The notes: a model not told the origin generated them from the sequence alone. A stretch of 63,385 nt of DNA, filler included, from Thraustochytrium aureum (GCA_012862495.1; 4 parts of 3 records of this genome joined end to end with filler, not necessarily neighbours in it), one strand, 5' to 3'; shown: positions 33,474 through 45,640, counted from the first letter of the whole stretch. Numbers and translations are program-made.

Positions 33474-33902
33474 ACCTCTCGCGCGCTTGCCCCGCCCTCC
33501 TGCTACACCATTTCTAACCTGTTGAATCCGTCTTGTAAGGGTGGCTAACTATTCCTTCCAATCAAAATGACTCTCGAAACGATCGACCGACTTGCCCCAA
33601 CCAAGCATAGCGAGGGGGGAGGCGAGCCTGCCTGCCGTTGGCCGGCGACGATGCGTTGGTACTCGTCCTTGCCAGTCCTGATGAATGGCCCCACGAGTTT
33701 CGATGAACACTCGGTCAAGCCCAACTGCGCGTTTTGCATTGACAGGAGACATGCGCCTGCGTCTAAATCCGGCAAGCATCCAGGCCTGCATCTCCGTCAG
33801 AGTCGGCGTCAGCAGCTGCGACTCGGCCGCCGTGAGCTGAATGCCGTTTCAGGGATTGATCTGCAGTGTCTGCTTGTCGGCGAGCGACGTCCGCGTGCGA
33901 TC

Positions 33903-34083
33903 CGAGCAACCTCCGTTTCAGAGATCGTTGATCTTCCAGCCAGCGAGCAACCTCCGTTTCAGGGATCGTTGATCTTCCAGGCAGCGCGCAAAGTCCGCGA
34001 GCAACCTCCGTTTCAGGGATCGTTGATCTTCCAGGCAGCGAGAACCTCCGTTTCAGGGTTTGATCTTCCAGGCAGCGAGCAAC
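33903..34083 (+). repeat. About 41-bp tandem repeat CGAGCAACCTCCGTTTCAGGGATCGTTGATCTTCCAGGCAG, four copies
   Basis: Copies start at about 33903, 33944, 33998 and 34039. A degenerate copy lies near 33844 and there is one 13-nt interruption. Confidence 0.9.
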
Positions 34084-34250
34084 GTCGTGTGTTTTTCTTT
34101 TTCTCGCCACATCTGGAATTCGAGTGACAAGATTCAAAACGCTGTGGCTTGAAATTCAATGGAATCGTCGGTGGACACCCAACCCGACCAGAACACCACC
34201 ACCAACTTGAGCGAACATTTGCTTGCCACGGAGCGCAGGCGGCGGCGAAC

Positions 34251-37200
34251 ATGGGCAAGAAGGCGAAGGGCAACGCGGCTGGCGGCTCTGCCGCACGGGG
34301 CTCGAATCAAGCGACGGACGCCTTTGGCGCTGTCATGGAGGCCCTGGACAAAGTCCTAGACGCCGTGTCGCTTCGAGCGCTCGGGCTGGCGGCGCTCGTG
34401 GTCGGCGTGCTCCTTGGGGCGCTGTCGCACGAGAGCGGCGGCGGGCAAAGCGCTCTTATGTTTGAAGACTTTATGAACGCGCGCGAAGAGGAGTGGGCGA
34501 CAGACCGACACGAGGTGCGGGTGGCGCTCAAGCACCCAACAACGTCCGCGGACCTCCGGCTCGAGCAGACCAAACTGTTCAGCACGGCCAACTTTCAGGA
34601 CGAGGTCATCAACGCAGGTCGGGACCGGTTTACCCTTGTCGTGTTCTTCGACCCACGCTCTGAATCGTTGGAACGCGAGCAGAGCGAAATCGAGGGGGCT
34701 GCACGCCTCATCAAGAACGACAAGGAACTGGCTGGCAAGGTTTCCCTCGGCTTTGTGAACTGTGGCATTGACGCGTGGCTCTGCTCCCTTTATGCGCCGC
34801 TCGAGGACGCTCGCGCGCTCGTTCCGCAAGGCCAGGGCGCGTCGTTCGTGTTTGGGCGCGCGCGCCATTTTAGTTCGCTCGCTCGTGTGTTCCACCAGGG
34901 CCAGCCCATAGCTCGATTCAACGGCGTGTACGACCAAGCCGCCCTCCTCGACTTTTCGCGCGTCGTCAGCGCCCCGGCTAGGGCCGAGCGGCTAGCTGAG
35001 ACTGGCGCCTTGGACGAGTGGCTCGCGACGCGCCTCCCGGCCGTCTATGCGTGTGAGTCTGCAATCGCCGAGCCCGAGTTTCAAAGCCTTGTGGCTCGCC
35101 TCTTCGGAGCCAAGGCGAACCAGGCGCTGGGCGCCGCGGAACCCAGCGATCTTGTTCTTCCACAAGTGAACACCTCCTTCGTTGGGCATGCTTTCGTTGC
35201 ATACGCAAGCAAGGCCGCGGCTGCGGCCGCGCCCTGCTACACGCGGCCAGCGTGCGGGCTCGTCGCCGTGGACCGCCTGAAGCGCCCCCATTGCTTTGAC
35301 CTGGCTCGGCTCCTCCACAGCTCCAGCGAGCCACCTCGATTCGAGCCCGGCCAAGGCCCGTCGATCCTCGAGCTCTACTCGTTCCTCCGCAGCCACTCGC
35401 GCCTTCAGGTCGAGCCGCTCACCACAGTCAACGTGGACTGGTACGAAGCGCAAGCCCCAATCACGGCCGTGCTTGTCGTTGACCCAACCCAGCCGGCCGC
35501 CTTTGGAAAGCTCAATCGACTTTGCGACGCTCTGTCCCAAGACCAGCGACTCCGGTCGGTGCAGGGCAAGTACCAGTTTGTGTGGGCCAGCGCCGAGGCC
35601 GTAGCCAGCAGCTACGGCCTTGCGACGGCGGACATACCCAGCTTGGTCCTCCTCGAGTCGACCGAGATCCGCGCCGCAAAGCCCATGGCGGTCTACCGTC
35701 CTTCAGAGCACGACATCGGTCTGCTCGAGGCAGGCGCGCAAGACGCGGTCGCCGCTTTTCTCTCAATAGAGCTTCGCCCGGCAACACTTGGTGTCATCGA
35801 ACGCGAGCACGCGGGATTCGTGCGCGACAAGGCCGCCGCAGCGTTTCAAGCCGCGACGACGGAAGATCATCGCGCGTGCGGCGACTATGACACCCTCAGA
35901 AGCAAAGCCAAACTTTCGGACAACCCCGAGGAGGTTGGCCAAGCAACGGACGACGACTTTCCCGACGGCGGCGGCGGCGCGTTCAAGCAGAGCCGCTCGG
36001 TGGTTTTCTACCAGATGCAGACTTTGGACGAGCTGTTCCAGATGTTTCTTGCTCTGTACGACCAATACTTGGGGATCGAGATGGCGTTTCTCACCTTGCT
36101 GCCCGAGCGCCGCGACGAGGAACCCGAGATGCTCGACGCGATCAATATGGTGCGCAACTACCTCCAGCAACACCATTCTTGCACGAGCTGGTCCATACAC
36201 TGCCGCGCACACCCGAGCAGCTCGCGGCGGTGGCCCAGAGCGAGCGCGAACCCTTCCTCCGTGCTATCGAGCGCCTAGACCTGTCCTTTACCGACACGGT
36301 CAATCATGCCGCCGGCGACGAGCAGCGCATGCGCGCAGTAACCGACGCATGGGGCGAAGCATGCCACTTTTTGGAGCACGCTCTCTACGAACTCCATGCC
36401 GAGCGAGGCGCCCGGTGGTCCGCAAACCCAGCCGCGGCCTCACTACCCGAGTCGCTCCCAATAGACCGGCGACACGCCGACGAGCTCGACATGTCCGAGT
36501 TCTTCAACAAGTATGCCAAGGCCGGTCGACCGGTGATTATCGAGGGCCTCCAGCTCTTCAAGATGAACGAGTGGGACCTCGCGCACCTGAACGCCGTTTG
36601 CGGCGACCGTCTCGTCCGGCCCGTCAAGTTTGATAACGCCACCGAAGCCTGGGGTGGTCTGGTCGCCGATGGGGCGAGAATCACCCTAAGTGAGTTCCTA
36701 CAGACCTTTCGGGTAGTTGAAGAGCGCAAGGCTTGGCAAATCCACGACTTCCCTTTGCCGAAAATGTGCCCGGGGCTCTTTGGTGCCGCTCCTTTCCACC
36801 AGGTGTCTATTCCAAAGTACTTCGCAGGCGACTTTTTCCAGCGCGTCCCGTTCGCTCCGAACAAGGACTCCTGGCCGTCGCTCTTTATCAGCGGCGAGTT
36901 GGCCCAGTCGCGAATGCGCGTCGAACCAGCTGGCACAAACTTCTGGACGCACCTTTTGTCAGGGACCAAGGAGTGGCGCGTCTTCCCGCGCGACGAGGTT
37001 CCCAATCTCTACCACAAGCCGCTGACGTCGCACTTTGCTGTGGACCCTTTCAGCCCGGATCTCGGGAAGTTTCCGCTTTTCTCCAAGTCTCGTGTGTACC
37101 ATGGGGTCCAGCGGCCCGGAGACCTGGTCTACATCCCGGCCGGGGCGCCATACGGCGCGAAAATCCTCGCCGAGGCCGCTTCCATCTCGATGAACTACGT

Positions 37201-37390
37201 CGATTCTTCCAACAAGGGATTGTACCTCTGGACACAGCTTTTCGAGCGCCAATTCGGAAATGTGGAAGAGATGCTTCACATCGACTTTCCTGCTGGCTTA
37301 CGCTCCAAGCAGGAGGATCTCACATGGGGCGCCTTCAAGTCCTCCGACTGGCACGCGGCTTGGAAGCAAGGCGAACTTGATTTAGTGTAG
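34251..37390 (+). CDS. Signal-anchored thioredoxin-fold plus JmjC (cupin) protein, frameshifted near 36170
   Basis: N-terminal hydrophobic segment. TRX-like TLVVFFDPRS...LGFVNC....LC without CxxC. JmjC elements FFNKYAKAGRPVII, IPKYFAGDFFQR, SWPSLFI, NFW..LLSGTKEWRVFP and PGDLVYIPAG. Confidence 0.75.
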
Positions 37391-38372
37391 CTTGTGCCCA
37401 AATGCTACTGGTACAGGCCTTTTTAGCGACTCCGATACGGGTTGGCGTGGGCGCCTGACATCATTCACGCAATGAAACCTACACAAATTTGTCCGCATCG
37501 GAAGCGACCGGGCGCCGACCGTGCCATGCAAGTGCAGGCTAAGGACAAGAATTGGACTGGCCCGAGCAAGCCCGCGGCTCAATCGCAAACGCTGCGTTCT
37601 GTGGCGTTCTGTGGCATTGGTACGAGCTTCACCTGGGACGGTTCCCGGGAGCCTTGCGCACGAGCGTGGCTTTGTCGACTATGGCGGCCCCATGGTGAAT
37701 CAACAAAGCTCGACAGCTGCTAGAGCCTGTTGAGCACTGGCTCTGGTTTATCGCAAACAAAGGCCAATCGCTGGCACAAGCCCGAATGCAGCTCTACCGC
37801 GCTGCGACGGCAGTCAGTAAATTAGCCACAGCAGAAGCCAGCTGAAAAATTGCCAACGCCAAACGATAGGGCGCCCCGTCCAGGAAAAAGACGCCTGCCT
37901 AGCAAGTGCCACCACGCCCTGTGCAAGCACACCGCCCCAGAGCGCGCAAGGCGCTCGTTAGTCGGAAGCCCCGATTGTGCCGGCCGACCATCTAACGGAT
38001 ACAACGGACACTTCTTTGCGCTCCTCTCCTTCAGTCTGGCAGTGCGGCAAGGTCANNNNNNNNNNNNNNNNNNNNNNNNNNNNNNNNNNNNNNNNNNNNN
38101 NNNNNNNNNNNNNNNNNNNNNNNNNNNNNNNNNNNNNNNNNNNNNNNNNNNNNNNNNNNNNNNNNNNNNNNNNNNNNNNNNNNNNNNNNNNGGCGCAAGG
38201 GGCTTGAGCAGCCTCTGCGCGTTAAAGAGAACCGGGGGCGGGCGCTTGGACGGCCAGCAGCCACCCGCGCCATCTGCGCACTGCTCGCTTGACTCGTTTG
38301 CGACACGCGTGGTCCGAGGACTCCTGTCGCCCCGACGACTTTCGCCGCGAGGTCTGCCGCCGCTTGGCGAGG

Positions 38373-40223
38373 ATGAGCGATGCAGCGAGACGGCGGCCGC
38401 GATCCGCAATTTTGCGCAATCCTCTTGAAGTACGCGCCTCGAGCCTGACCCAGAAAGGCGAGAATGCCTCGACGATTGGCCGATTCGGCATCCGCGGGGG
38501 CGCGGGCAAGCCGATGCGGCCAGCTTCCGCCGCGCCGCGCGTTGGCCGGGCTCAGGCAGACAACCCAATCAGCGCTTTCAAGCAGCGCAACTTGTTTGAA
38601 TCGCACGCACGGCGACTGCAGTCGAGCGAGCCGAGCATAGAGCGCCGCAGCGCCATCGATGAACAACTGGACATGTTGGCCAACGCCATGCGGCAGCGCA
38701 ACAATCAAGTCTCGCAAGAAGACAAGCGGGCGATGGAGATGGCGGCCCACATCGCCGTCCGCAAGCGCACAGAGGCAAATGCGAGCGAGCAGAAGCGGCC
38801 TCAACGTGCAAACATCGCAGCCAATCGGGGAAGCAACAGCAACCAAAACGAGGGGCGGGTGTCAATGATCGAGACTCCGGGCAAACGCTTGGCCCAGGCT
38901 GTGGACGCGGCGGAGGCTGGTGCTCATACGAACGTCCGGCACGACCCAGGAAGCGAAGCCGAGCGGTGGCTCGAAAACATGTGGGTCGCCAAGCGGACAA
39001 AGGAGCTCGTTGACAGCCGGTTTGACGACCAAGTGCGCCGCGCGCTGGACAAGTGGGAGGACGATAAGGCAAGACGCGAGCTGGCGTTCGCCAAGAAGCA
39101 AGAGCGCCGGCGCCTCGTCTCTGGCGGCGCAATCCGCTATCCTGTGCGGTCCGTCGACGCCAACGAGGGAACCAAATGGGGCCGTGAAGAGTTCGACGCC
39201 GCGCTCGAAGAAACGGTCAAGCTCTTTGAGAGCACTCGCGCCAAGGCGATCGCCAAAGTCGCCGGCCCGCAGAGGCAGCGGTCTGCAGGCGACGTCGAGA
39301 GCATGCTGCGCGAAAAGATTGCCCTGCCGCGTTCACGCGCAAAGTCACTTGACAACATGGCTGACTTTATCTTGCAACAGCCGCCCATGCGGTTCAAGTA
39401 CGACCTTCCCGAAGCTCTAGCTGTCCGCAAGCGCGTCGCCCGAACACAAAGCCAGGAACGGCTCGAAACCCAAGCTGCCGCAAAGGGGCAGAGCGACACG
39501 AGCGACCGCGACGACGAGGAGCAGCGGCGAGTCGACGAGGAGCGCGACAGCGCCCTCGCTTCAACTGCAGGCGCCTCGAATGGCACCAAAGTCGCAAGCA
39601 AAGCGCAAGACTTCTTCACGAAGCGGTCCGCGTCCGGGCGCAGCCTGCTTCTGACTCCGCGCAGGGCGTCGGTGAGCTCTTCCGGTTCGGCGGGCTCAGC
39701 CAAAACGCCGCTCGGCTTTTCCAGCAGCGGAAAGCAGCGGCCAGTCTCTGCTGCCCCAACTGGCCGCGCCTCACTTGACAAAGAGTACCTCATCCACGAG
39801 CAAGCGCGGCTCGAGCGCCTTCCGAGCTACAGAGTCACCAAGCCTGGCACCGATCAAGTCTCGTTGCTCTCGGAAGTGTGCCACGACCAGCTTGACGAGT
39901 GCGATCGCATTGAAGCCATGTTCAAGGCGCGAGGACTCGCAATCAACACAGAGGCGTTGCGGCGCGCTCTCGTCATTCCTTCGGACTTGCCCGAGCAGAC
40001 CTGCTTGCGCAACCTGCCTCGCCCGGGGTCTGCGCTTCGCCGCGATCCAGCGCTTGCTCGGCCAGCTTCCGCAAGCGCAGCAAGGCCGTCGCGAAAGTCG
40101 GGAGCCAAAAAAGGCAAGGCCGTTGCCAAAAGAAAAATAGCATCCTCGGCAGAGCAGCCCACTATTGCCTTCCACGGCCCGCAAGTCGACGAGCGAGGCT
40201 CGCGCTCGCGGTCAATCTTTTGA
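38373..40223 (+). CDS. Hypothetical basic, coiled-coil/low-complexity protein
   Basis: 616-codon open frame with repeated RPASA/RPVSA motifs and an ordered-looking C-terminal block LRRALVIPSD....C...LPRPG..L..DP. Confidence 0.7.
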   Translation: MSDAARRRPRSAILRNPLEVRASSLTQKGENASTIGRFGIRGGAGKPMRPASAAPRVGRAQADNPISAFKQRNLFESHARRLQSSEPSIERRSAIDEQLDMLANAMRQRNNQVSQEDKRAMEMAAHIAVRKRTEANASEQKRPQRANIAANRGSNSNQNEGRVSMIETPGKRLAQAVDAAEAGAHTNVRHDPGSEAERWLENMWVAKRTKELVDSRFDDQVRRALDKWEDDKARRELAFAKKQERRRLVSGGAIRYPVRSVDANEGTKWGREEFDAALEETVKLFESTRAKAIAKVAGPQRQRSAGDVESMLREKIALPRSRAKSLDNMADFILQQPPMRFKYDLPEALAVRKRVARTQSQERLETQAAAKGQSDTSDRDDEEQRRVDEERDSALASTAGASNGTKVASKAQDFFTKRSASGRSLLLTPRRASVSSSGSAGSAKTPLGFSSSGKQRPVSAAPTGRASLDKEYLIHEQARLERLPSYRVTKPGTDQVSLLSEVCHDQLDECDRIEAMFKARGLAINTEALRRALVIPSDLPEQTCLRNLPRPGSALRRDPALARPASASAARPSRKSGAKKGKAVAKRKIASSAEQPTIAFHGPQVDERGSRSRSIF

Positions 40224-40558
40224 TTGATTGAACAAGACAACAAGCAGCATTCCTTTGCCTGAGCAGCCTTTTCGCATGCCCCGAAACAAAGTTGATCGAT
40301 TGATCCCGCGCGTCCTAAAAGCCAGCCAGCAAGGCCAGCGAGGCAGTACAACGCCGGCGAGCCCGCCGGGGCCTCGCGTTGCGATCGCAGGGCACAGTGG
40401 GCGCGCGCACGGGGCAAGCGAGCGGGCGCCAAAACCCATTGCCGTTACGTTAGAGTACGCCTTCTCCATGCTCAACGAGTACCTTTAGAAAATGGGACGA
40501 TGACACGCACGCAGGAAGAACCCCAAGCACGGGTGCGCGCGGACGAGCCCGAGCAGCG

Positions 40559-40658
40559 NNNNNNNNNNNNNNNNNNNNNNNNNNNNNNNNNNNNNNNNNN
40601 NNTTAATTAATTAANNNNNNNNNNNNNNNNNNNNNNNNNNNNNNNNNNNNNNNNNNNN
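40559..40658. other. Artificial contig-joining linker N44-TTAATTAATTAA-N44
   Basis: Same 100-nt structure, with the core at 40603-40614. Confidence 0.95.
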
Positions 40659-40865
40659 CCGCGTCGGCCATTGGCTGAACGCGAGAGATTCAGCTCTCCG
40701 TCCCCTGTGCCCTCCCTCTCCCTCCCGCTCGCTCGCGGCGCACACGGCGGGCCGGCGGCGGCGCGGGCGTGCGCCTGCGCAGCGCAGCGCGTTTCGCTGG
40801 TGCAGCGCGGCGTTCGGCGAGGGATTGGCGTGATTTGGGAGGGATTTCGGCGGCATTTGGACGCC

Positions 40866-42249
40866 ATGGGAGGTGGAAAAGGCCCTCGAAAGCGTCGCTC
40901 TGCGCCGCAGAGAGCCTCCAGACGGCGTTCAGCAGGCCAAAGTAAACGCGACGGCGCTGCGGACGGCCCGGGCTCGAAGGGGGCGAACGCGGAGCTCCCC
41001 AAGGGACGCCAGGTCGCGGTAGGCAGTAGTGACGAGGTGCTCAGCGCCGAAAATGACAAGCGTGAACGTGTTGCTGAAGCTATCGCGCAGAGAGACCTGG
41101 AGACGCTCGCGGTGCTTTGCACGACGGCCGGAGGGCTTTTGGACGATGCGCTGAGAGCACATGCGTGGCGGCTCTTATTAGAGAGCGATGCGTTCGGGCA
41201 TGCCAAGTGCGAGCCGAGGTCTGTCGAGGACATCCGCAAGGGCTGCGAGATGGACATTGTTCGCAGCATGTGCCAGTTTTCCTGCTGCAGAGCCCTGTCG
41301 AACAAGCGGCGCTCCGAGCTACGCGAGGAGCTAGCCACAGTGATTTGCGGAACGCTGCACAAGGGCGCCCAGCTGCACTACTACCAAGGGTTTCACGACG
41401 TCTGCACGGTGCACCTTCACGTTCACGAATGCGACGGGGCCGCAGCGCTGCGCACTGCGCTGCCGATGGCATGCCAGGTTTTTGGGGACCACCACGGGCC
41501 CGACTTCTCCACGACGATCGTGGTCATGGAGCTCCTGCTGGTGGTGTTGGAGCGATTTGACGCCCAAGTCGCCGCGGTGCTCCGGGCGGCAGACATGGGG
41601 CCGATGTTTGCGCTCTCCTGGGTGCTGACTGGCTTTGCGCACTCTGTGCCGGACGTTCGTGTGGCCAAGCGGCTCTACGACGCGCTCGTGGCCTGCCACC
41701 CGATGCTGGCCATCTACTTGAGTGCAGCGCTGGTCCTGCGGCCCACCACGCGCAGGGGATTGCTTCGCACAGCTGCCGAAGACCCGAGCATGCCGGCGAT
41801 CCACCATTATCTGCAGAACGTGCCGCCGCCAAACATGCCGCCCAGCAGTGAGTCGGCCAAGCGCTTTTCGCGGCGGCGCCGGGCCTGGAAGAAGCGCAAC
41901 GAGGTCAGAGATGCGGACACGCTCGGGCCAGGTCCTGGCTTGCCGCGCTCGCGCTCTGAGGAAGCCGAATACAACGTTGATAGCCTCGTCGACCACGCGC
42001 TCGAGATGATGGCGGAGTTTCCGCCTTCCCAGGCGCTCGTGGCCCACGCGGCTTCTATGGCGCGACCGGTACCAGCGCGCTCGGTTGTGCGCGTCTCTGA
42101 ATCGCACAAAGGGTTTTGGAGTGCTGTCTCGAATCATGCCATGGAACGTGCTGGGTCTCGATTTCGATCGCGACGCCGCTCTCAGGCCCGCGCTGGTCTT
42201 TACTTTGCTTTGGCCACCGCGGTTGGGGTGGCGGCCTTCATGACTTGGG
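40866..42249 (+). CDS. TBC1D20: Rab GTPase-activating protein, TBC1D20/Gyp8 family; 3' end in gap
   Basis: GGLLDDALRAHAWRLLL, arginine finger DIVRS, glutamine finger LHYYQGFHDV, FALSWVLT.FAH and a C-terminal TM helix. Confidence 0.88.
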
Positions 42250-43158
42250 NNNNNNNNNNNNNNNNNNNNNNNNNNNNNNNNNNNNNNNNNNNNNNNNNNN
42301 NNNNNNNNNNNNNNNNNNNNNNNNNNNNNNNNNNNNNNNNNNNNNNNNNNNNNNNNNNNNNNNNNNNNNNNNNNNNNNNNNNNNNNNNNNNNNNNNNNNN
42401 NNNNNNNNNNNNNNNNNNNNNNNNNNNNNNNNNNNNNNNNNNNNNNNNNNNNNNNNNNNNNNNNNNNNNNNNNNNNNNNNNNNNNNNNNNNNNNNNNNNN
42501 NNNNNNNNNNNNNNNNNNNNNNNNNNNNNNNNNNNNNNNNNNNNNNNNNNNNNNNNNNNNNNNNNNNNNNNNNNNNNNNNNNNNNNNNNNNNNNNNNNNN
42601 NNNNNNNNNNNNNNNNNNNNNNNNNNNNNNNNNNNNNNNNNNNNNNNNNNNNNNNNNNNNNNNNNNNNNNNNNNNNNNNNNNNNNNNNNNNNNNNNNNNN
42701 NNNNNNNNNNNNNNNNNNNNNNNNNNNNNNNNNNNNNNNNNNNNNNNNNNNNNNNNNNNNNNNNNNNNNNNNNNNNNNNNNNNNNNNNNNNNNNNNNNNN
42801 NNNNNNNNNNNNNNNNNNNNNNNNNNNNNNNNNNNNNNNNNNNNNNNNNNNNNNNNNNNNNNNNNNNNNNNNNNNNNNNNNNNNNNNNNNNNNNNNNNNN
42901 NNNNNNNNNNNNNNNNNNNNNNNNNNNNNNNNNNNNNNNNNNNNNNNNNNNNNNNNNNNNNNNNNNNNNNNNNNNNNNNNNNNNNNNNNNNNNNNNNNNN
43001 NNNNNNNNNNNNNNNNNNNNNNNNNNNNNNNNNNNNNNNNNNNNNNNNNNNNNNNNNNNNNNNNNNNNNNNNNNNNNNNNNNNNNNNNNNNNNNNNNNNN
43101 NNNNNNNNNNNNNNNNNNNNNNNNNNNNNNNNNNNNNNNNNNNNNNNNNNNNNNNNNC

Positions 43159-45270
43159 CATCGAGAAAGAGGAGCACGTCGCGCGACTCGCCACCTACAA
43201 CGGCGTCGTGCGGGAGAAGAGGCGCGATTTGCGACTCCAGGAATGGCCCGATCGTGGCCATGGTCTGCGCGCCGGACTCGAACGCACGGCGCATTCGGCG
43301 CTGCAAAAACTCGAGGACCCGGGGGCTGTAGTAGATCTGCTGGCCCATCAGGTCGTCGTTGAACGCTTCCAGGCTCGTCGCCACGAGCTCGTCGACCTGG
43401 GCTGGGGCTGGTGGCAGGAAGAGAAACATGCCGTGCCGGTTGGCCAAGGAATGCCCAGCAACGAGGCGGCGCCATAGGGGCGGCGAGGCAAACGGGTTGC
43501 GGTTGCCCTGGTGGGCGTCGACGCAGACCGCATTCGGGTCGCGCATAACTTGGGCGACCTCGTGCACCATCTTGTCGTACGCGGCGTCGTCGAGGCCGTC
43601 CGCGCCGAACGCGGAGGCCATGCCCCTCAGCGTGCCTTCCACCGCGTCCGCGAAGCAGTTGGTTGTGAGAATGAAGATCGCGTCCTTGGTCTCGATGCGC
43701 TCCCCGGTTTTCTTCACCTGCACGTGGCCCTCGTTGTTGTCGATCATGGGGAGCAGCATGTACCTGAGAAGCGAGGGGTGCGACTTTTCGATTTCGTCCA
43801 GGAGGACCACGGTGCGTGGGTTCGTGGTGAAGACCTCGGACATCAGTCCCGTGCCCTGCAAGCCCGGGCTCGGGTCGACGAACCCGTCCACGGCGCGGTC
43901 ATCCTGGTAGTTGACCATGTCGACTTGCAAAAACTTGGACTCGCGTCGCAGCTCGCTAGCGGGCCGTCCGCAGTTGTACGCCCGCGCGACGAGCTGGGCG
44001 AGCATGGTCTTGCCGAGCCCCGCCGGGCCCGCGAAGAGAAACACGAGCGGGCCCTTGCTCGTCTTGATTCCGGCCTTGACCCGCTCCAGCGCCCGCTTCA
44101 CCTGGTCGAGCACCTGCCGCTGCCCGACGAACCCGACGCGGTCGAAGAAGCTGGGGTCGATGAGCTCTTCCCCATCGCACATGGCGCCTTGCGCCATCGC
44201 ATCAAGTGCCTGGCGCCTTGCCTGGCGCTGCGCCAATTGAACACGTACGAGTTCGGCAACCTCGTCCTGCGGGGCGGGCCCGAAAAGTGGGAGGATGGAC
44301 CGACGCGCGCTCTTCAAGAACCCGTCGAGCCCGCGCCTCGGAGCGTGCGCCCTGGCTCCTGTTGCGCTCCTGTCGTCGGCGCGACCCCACACGTTCCGCG
44401 CCTCTCGCTGGGCGGCGCTGTCGAGAATTGCGCGTGAGGTCGGGCGCACCTTGTCCGCTTCAACATCGCCGTCGGCCCCATCGCCGACGTGCTGGCGCTC
44501 CGAGCGAAGCTGGCCTCGAAGTGCGGAGTGCCCAAAGTTTGTTCCGAGGACGACGAGGAGCCTGTCGCAGCGGCACCGTGCGAGCCCAAGCTCTGCGGAG
44601 GAGCACCAGTCCTTGTTGGCGAAGGCGACGATGAGCTGGTCCACGTCGACGGGGTCGGCACGCTCGGCGTGGTCAACGAACACGACCGACCACGGCAGCG
44701 CGTCGTTCAGCGCGCGGCGCGAGACCCACTCGGCGACCCTTCTCGTCAACCCAAGCGCAGCCGCCGGCGCCTCTTGTGCAGCGTCAAGCTTGAGGAACGC
44801 GGCATCCTCGGCCAAAAACGGCGTGTTCCAGACGNNNNNNNNNNNNNNNNNNNNNNNNNNNNNNNNNNNNNNNNNNNNNNNNNNNNNNNNNNNNNNNNNN
44901 NNNNNNNNNNNNNNNNNNNNNNNNNNNNNNNNNNNNNNNNNNNNNNNNNNNNNNNNNNNNNNNNNNNNNNNNNNNNNNNNNNNNNNNNNNNNNNNNNNNN
45001 NNGCTTGAGGAACGCGGCATCCTCGGCCAAAAACGGCGTGTTCCAGACGGCCAGGGCCTCTCGCAGCGCCTCCCACTGGCCAGCCGGGTTGCCGCCGAGG
45101 GCCACGATCCTGGACCGGCCGTGCGCGGCGTGCTCGCTGCCGTGGGCCCAGCGCCTGAGGGGGCCATCTTTGGCCGCGTCCACCTCGATCAGCTCGTCTG
45201 CAGCGCGCCCCGCCGCGACCCTGCCCAGCACGCCGAGCGCGAGCAGCGCGGCGGCCTTGCGGAGCAGCAT
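43159..45270 (-). CDS. Signal-peptide-bearing ClpB-NBD2/torsin-like AAA+ ATPase; 3' end in gap
   Basis: Signal-like [21 protein letters not shown], then [18 protein letters not shown] (Walker A), [12 protein letters not shown] (Walker B) and DAIFILTTN (sensor 1). A degenerate AAA-like segment lies upstream. Confidence 0.8.
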
Positions 45271-45339
45271 CGTTGCGGCTCTGCCAGGCTGAGCGAACTC
45301 TGAGGAAAAAGTGGAGGACGTGCACTGCTGGTGCAAGGT

Positions 45340-45640
45340 GTGAGGGCTCGGTGACCGACTGCCTCGGTGCACTCCGACACGTCGTGCTTGGCCAGTTCGC
45401 CAGGCTGGACGGGGCGGACCGCGGTCTGCGCCTCGCGCGACGAGAGGGCCGCCTTGGCGTTGTACTTGCTGAGCTTGGCGGTCTCGGTGGCGAGGCGTGC
45501 CTGAAGGCGTTGTTGACGAACGAGTTCGTGTTGCTCATCGACCTCTTGGAGCTGCCCTTGCCGGGGTGGACCTGCTCGGGCGCCTTGCAAGTTGCAGATG
45601 TACCTCGATCGAGTAGGTCTCGACGCGCTTCTTCTTCTGC
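45340..45640 (-). pseudogene. H2B: Histone H2B pseudogene
   Basis: Conceptual translation across frames: [87 protein letters not shown]. Several indels and substitutions at normally invariant residues. Confidence 0.88.

Noticed and set aside
33903..34083. CRISPR-like array of 41-bp repeats
   Set aside because: Units are mostly directly adjacent with no unique regular spacers, there are no cas genes, and the context is eukaryotic.
44788..45049. Internal tandem duplication in the AAA+ gene
   Set aside because: The same 47 nt flank both sides of the gap, which indicates an unmerged contig overlap. The gap is probably spurious.
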